In this document: positions 59,666-64,000 of the stretch, in pieces
Numbering within the stretch: position 1 is the stretch's first letter
Layout of the letters: each line of letters begins with the position of its first letter
From: Vitrella brassicaformis CCMP3155
Taxonomy: Eukaryota > Protista > Chromerida
Assembly (NCBI GenBank): GCA_001179505.1
Contig: CDMY01000850.1
Location: 182,719-246,718, forward strand
DNA length: 64,000 nt
Reading direction: 5' to 3'
Notes under the pieces: model-generated
Database searches by the model: none
Told to the model about the DNA's origin: nothing
Seen by the model: only the letters and a program-made list of their open reading frames with translations
Program-made: the position numbers and the translations under genes

Positions 59666-61463
59666 ATGTCGTCGACGCCGGCTGGCGACGGGTCATCGGC
59701 GGCCGACTCATCAGACAGCAGCCGCGGGCAGAACGTGACGACACTGTGGATCCTCGACTGGTGAATGAGACACACACACACACAGAGAGAGAGAGAGAAC
59801 AGACGTCGGTCTTTCATGCTTTCATGCGTGTGTGTCTTTGTGTGTGTCTGTGTCTCTGTCAGGGATGACACGTTGTTGCCGTCTTCAGTGCTGGTGCGTC
59901 TGCTGGGCCGCGACAGTGGCGGCATGTGCATCGGCGGCGGCGACTGGCGGGACAAACAGCTGCCGGAACTCTATGTCGACCTGATAGCGAAGATCGACGC
60001 GGCGGCCACTGGACTGGTCGAGACACTCATCGGTCAGCCTGACAGACACACAGAGAGGGAGGGAGGGAGAATGTCATGTGTCTGGTGTGTGTTGTATAGG
60101 CAACGGTGCGATGGTTGTGATACTGAGTGCTGCCGAGGAGCTTTGGCTGACACTGTCGGCACAGAGGTGGCTGCCAAACCTGTCCCAATTGCTGACCAAA
60201 CACAAGATCAAGTAACACACACACACACTCATCCAACCAGCTCACTGGGTGCGTGTGCACACGTGGATGTGTGTGGATGTGTGTGTGTCAGGATGCTGTC
60301 GGCTCAACTCGCCAACGTCAAGATAACCGAGTGGAAGGTATGAAGAAAAAGCCATCCATCCATCCATCGTCACACACACCCACACCCACACACAATACAC
60401 ACTAATGTGTCTGTGTCGGTTTGTCGTCATAATCAACATAGAAGCGCAAGTTCAACAAGGTGATCAAGTCTCTCTCGCCGCACACGGTTGTGGCCGTCGG
60501 CGACAGCACATTGGAGATGTGAGCAAAGGAGGCGCACACACACAGCTTTGGAGAGATCCACGTGTGTTCGTGTGTGTGTGTGTGTTCAATCAGGGATGCG
60601 CTGTCGGCTTGTGAGCGTCAGTTCAGTGTGGGCATCAAGGTCAAATTCGCGCCGCTGCCGTCTTGCACACGACTGCTGCAGGTGACCATGACACCAGCCA
60701 GCTGCAAAAATGAATCCATCTGCGTGTGTGTGGTCTGTCTGTCTGTGTCGGTGCAGGAGCTTGAGTCACTCCACTCGATGGTGCCGGTCATTAGCCAGGC
60801 CGGCAACAGACACAGCTTCTCCATGCAACACGCAAACACCAAGTGAGTACGCCACCAGCCCACACACACACACACACATGCACTTCACGTCTCTCTCGTG
60901 TGTATGTGTGAGTAGTTGTCCGTCGATCGAGCAGGAGTTCGCCAGGGCCACTCGCGGCGGCCGCAACGACGTCACGCCCTCCCCCAGCCGTGCCGCCAGC
61001 AACCGCAGCCGTCGCCGCCACACCAACACATCCCTCGCACGCACCAGCAGCCACAGAGCCCCACAGCGCCAGCCCCGCATCAAGCGAGAGCGGCCATCGG
61101 CGCCGTGTGAGTGTGAGTGCCAGCCAGACGACGATGCGCAGCAAGACCAGGACGCCTCCACCGATAATGAGGTCATCAAACTCATCGACATACAACAGGT
61201 GGGTGATACCACACACGGAAGCGACTGACACCACACAAGCTGACCTCTGTCTGTGTGTGTCTGTGTGTGTGTGTGTGTGTCAGTTTGGTGACGATGATGA
61301 GGCTGTGTGTCCGCCCAGCCCGCCCCCTCCCCGCCCCAGCTGGCCAACGCTGGCAGTCATGAGCAACAAGCGCCCACGCATGGCCGACCACCGACAGACC
61401 AGCGACAGCAGCAAAGGCAGCGACAGAGAGAGGCAGGAGGGCGGCGTGGACGCACCGCAGTAG
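59666..61463 (+). CDS. HAD-superfamily hydrolase (DWDDTL type), multi-exon
   Basis: Spliced LWILDWDDTLLPSS (motif I), VVILSAAEELW (II), MLSAQ...EWK (III), VVAVGDSTLE (IV), IKVKFAPLPS; TAG 61461-61463. Confidence 0.8.
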
Positions 61464-61899
61464 ACAGACAGACAGACAGATAGCCACTCGGCAGCGAGAG
61501 AAAAGGAGAGAGGGGATTGCGTGTCAGTCAGTCGCCTGCAGGTGTGCATGCCGCAGCGTTAGCCATACTGACTGACACGACAGACCCACCCTCTCTCTCT
61601 CTCTCTGCGTAGCTCTCTCTCTCTCTGCGTAGCTCTGCAATGAGCTACGCATCAATTCCATGCATCCCATCAGTGTCAGTGAGAATTCATCTTGGCGATG
61701 GACAGACAGACAGACAGACAACCGACTGGCCTTCGCGTGAGTGCGTGTGTGACTGTCGATGGATGGATGGATGAATGATGGGGTGGGGATTTCGAATGGA
61801 TGGATGACGGTGCAATGCATTTGGATCATGCAACCACATGGCGGGGTCCAACCACATACACACATTTGTCAAGACCCATCGCCACCACCACCCAAAAAC

Positions 61900-62746
61900 C
61901 CAGGAATTTCACCGAATGCATTCGTCCATGCATTTTTCTCCTGCCCCTTTTCTTCACACTCGTTCTCCTCCTGCTGCTGCTATCCGTCGCCATCGGCATC
62001 GCCCTCCAACTCGCCATCCATGTCTGCACACACACACATACAGGGAAGGCACACGCAGGACACATACCAGTAAGCCCAATCACATACACACGCCCCCACT
62101 GACCGTCACCACTATCGCTACCGTCGTCATCGTCATCCTCACCATCCTCGTCCGCACCCTCCACTGCACAAAGCACAAGGACCGATTCGACCAGCCGACA
62201 TAACGAGATGGAAGCGGCCGGCTGCACACTCACCTTCAGCGACTTCCTGTTGGTTAACCACCATGTCTGCGATGGGCTGCCCCACCAGGCCGCCCACCAG
62301 AGGGACGGTAGCCGGCCGGCGATCCTTGAAGGCAGCCGATGCATCACCCACTGGCGGCTCGTTGGTGACAACAGCCACACCCACTGCATGCAGCGAAACA
62401 GCACACGTCAAGGGACGGTATCATCACCAGAGGATCATTGACCCCTTTCTTACCCATGGTCGTGTCGGCCCAGGTGATGAGTGACACAGGCGACGAATGG
62501 GCTGTCGAACGGTGTCAGCAGCAGCCGCCGAGCCTCCACAGGGGGATACCTATCGTCCCACCTGCTTGCCATGACGGCGGTGCATCGGTCGGGGGGCTGG
62601 TGGGGCGAGTGGTTGAGGAGGCCGTCCAGCACACCGCCATGAGCATGCCTGAGGAGACCAACACATAACAGAGGGGAGAGGCCCTGATGGATGGACGGAT
62701 GGATGTGGGTCTGCCTAAGTGTGGTGTGCTCTGCGTACCGGTCCAC
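61900..62746 (-). pseudogene. 5'-truncated tandem duplicate of the 62773-64000 gene
   Basis: Repeats 63000-63810 at about 1.06-1.08 kb offset starting inside an intron (shared GTACCGGTCCAC); CAG replaced by TAG in the DGDG*QQQ run near 61980. Confidence 0.7.
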
Positions 62747-62772
62747 CAGCCATTGGCTCGGTGCCGTGGCAT

Positions 62773-64000
62773 CTAGCTGTCCTCCAGCCTCCTTCTCTTG
62801 GCCTCCCTCTCCACACCCTCACCTGACACATTGAGGCACACATCACAGCCATGACGCACACAAGGAATATGTGTGTCGCCCTGATCTGGCTCCTCCCCTT
62901 TCCCCATCTCACCCTCTTCATCCTCCTGCTGCTGCTGCTGGCCATCGCCCTCGCCCTCTCCGTCGACGTCGCCATCCATATCTGCACACACACGCAAACA
63001 TACAAGTGGGCCCAACCACACACACATGTATTCCACACCCTCATCGCTGTCGCCGTCGTCATCCGCACTATCATCATCATCCTCTGCAGACACACACACA
63101 CACACACACACATACATACATATGAGGAAGACACCTAGCAAGGCGGGCTGGGCACCGCACACAGACCACTTACCCTCACCACCATCGTCATCGTCGTCAT
63201 CCGCACCCTCATCTGCGCACCACGACACACACGCCGATTCAATGACATCCGACTCACAGACCGAAGTGGAGGCGGCCGGCTGCACACTCACCCTCATCAA
63301 TGACTTCCTCCTGTTGGTTGACCACCATGTCTGCGATGGGCTGCCCCACCAGGCCGCCCACCAGAGGGACGACAGAGGGCAGGCGGTCCTTGAAAGCAGC
63401 CGATGCATCACCTACTGGCGGCTCGGTGGCGCGGGCAGAAACTAACACTGCATTCAGCAGAACAGCATACGTCAGAAAACGGCTCCATCACCTGAGGATC
63501 TCTTATCCGCTCCCTACCTATGTCCGCGTCGGCCAAGGTGCTGAGAAAGATCGATGCGACGAATGGGCTGTCGAGCGGCGTCAGCAGCAGCTGCCGAAGC
63601 TCTATCGGGGGATCATCATCGTCCCACCTGACCGCCATGACGGCGGTGCATCGGTTGGGGGGCTGGTGGGGCGAGTGGTTGAGGAAGCCGTCCAGCACAC
63701 CGTCGTGGTCATGCCTGAGGAGAGCAACACATAACAGAGGAGAGAGGCCCTGATGAATGGACGGATGTGTGTGTGCCTGAGTGTGGTGTGTCCTGCGTAC
63801 CGGTCCACGTAAGCCCATGGCGTCCACCCCCTATTGGCCGCTGGAGGGATCATGATGACCCTCATGATGAACGCCGAGACTGACGCATCAGTGAGCGCCG
63901 CACCACTGGCCGTCCAGCCGCCCTCCTGCGGGCTGATTGAGGATCTGACGGGCGGGTTGTCGTTGATGATGTGTGGGTGGAATGGGTGGGCGGGGGGGAG
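62773..64000 (-). CDS. Hypothetical protein, 3' part (acidic tail, terminal KRRRL NLS-like motif); 5' end beyond window
   Basis: In-frame exons HIINDNPPVRSS...DASVSAFIMR, HDHDGVLDGFLNHSPHQPPNRCT, acidic micro-exons, GEGVEREAKRRRLEDS*. Confidence 0.65.

Noticed and set aside
1-64000. Mobile elements, rRNA or tRNA genes
   Set aside because: No transposase, RT or integrase motifs, terminal repeats with target-site duplications, or rRNA/tRNA signatures seen

Overview
Gene-dense, intron-rich, GC-rich eukaryotic nuclear DNA. Short GT-AG introns full of (CA/TG)n, (GATG)n and (CTGT)n microsatellites, bipartite plastid-type leaders and an ion-channel/adenylyl-cyclase fusion point to a photosynthetic alveolate, most likely the chromerid Vitrella brassicaformis (inference). 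I reconstructed about 25 protein genes by hand-splicing: PH protein, ankyrin protein, FkbM methyltransferase, family A DNA polymerase, channel-adenylyl cyclase, SDHAF4, mL53-like, IMP2, kynurenine formamidase/cyclase family, CIA30-domain, GT34, AP2-like, SLBP-domain, dCache-VWA membrane protein with a short inverted paralog, ABA4-like, Nudix, DUF1990, RING ligase, BtaA-BtaB betaine lipid synthase, HAD-like and several hypotheticals. There is also a GH10 xylanase pseudogene and decayed tandem duplicates at the right end. I found no transposase, reverse transcriptase, rRNA, tRNA or CRISPR array. Main unexplained signals: (1) ten head-to-head gene pairs with 69-315 bp spacers, seven carrying the exact octamer TGCGAGCT, which I found nowhere else; (2) a tandem pair of ~150-nt H/ACA-like RNA candidates; (3) an alpha2delta-like sensor with an inverted paralog lacking the Cache/VWA module; (4) a perfect 28-bp-stem hairpin. 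Exon boundaries are manual and approximate; no database searches were run.
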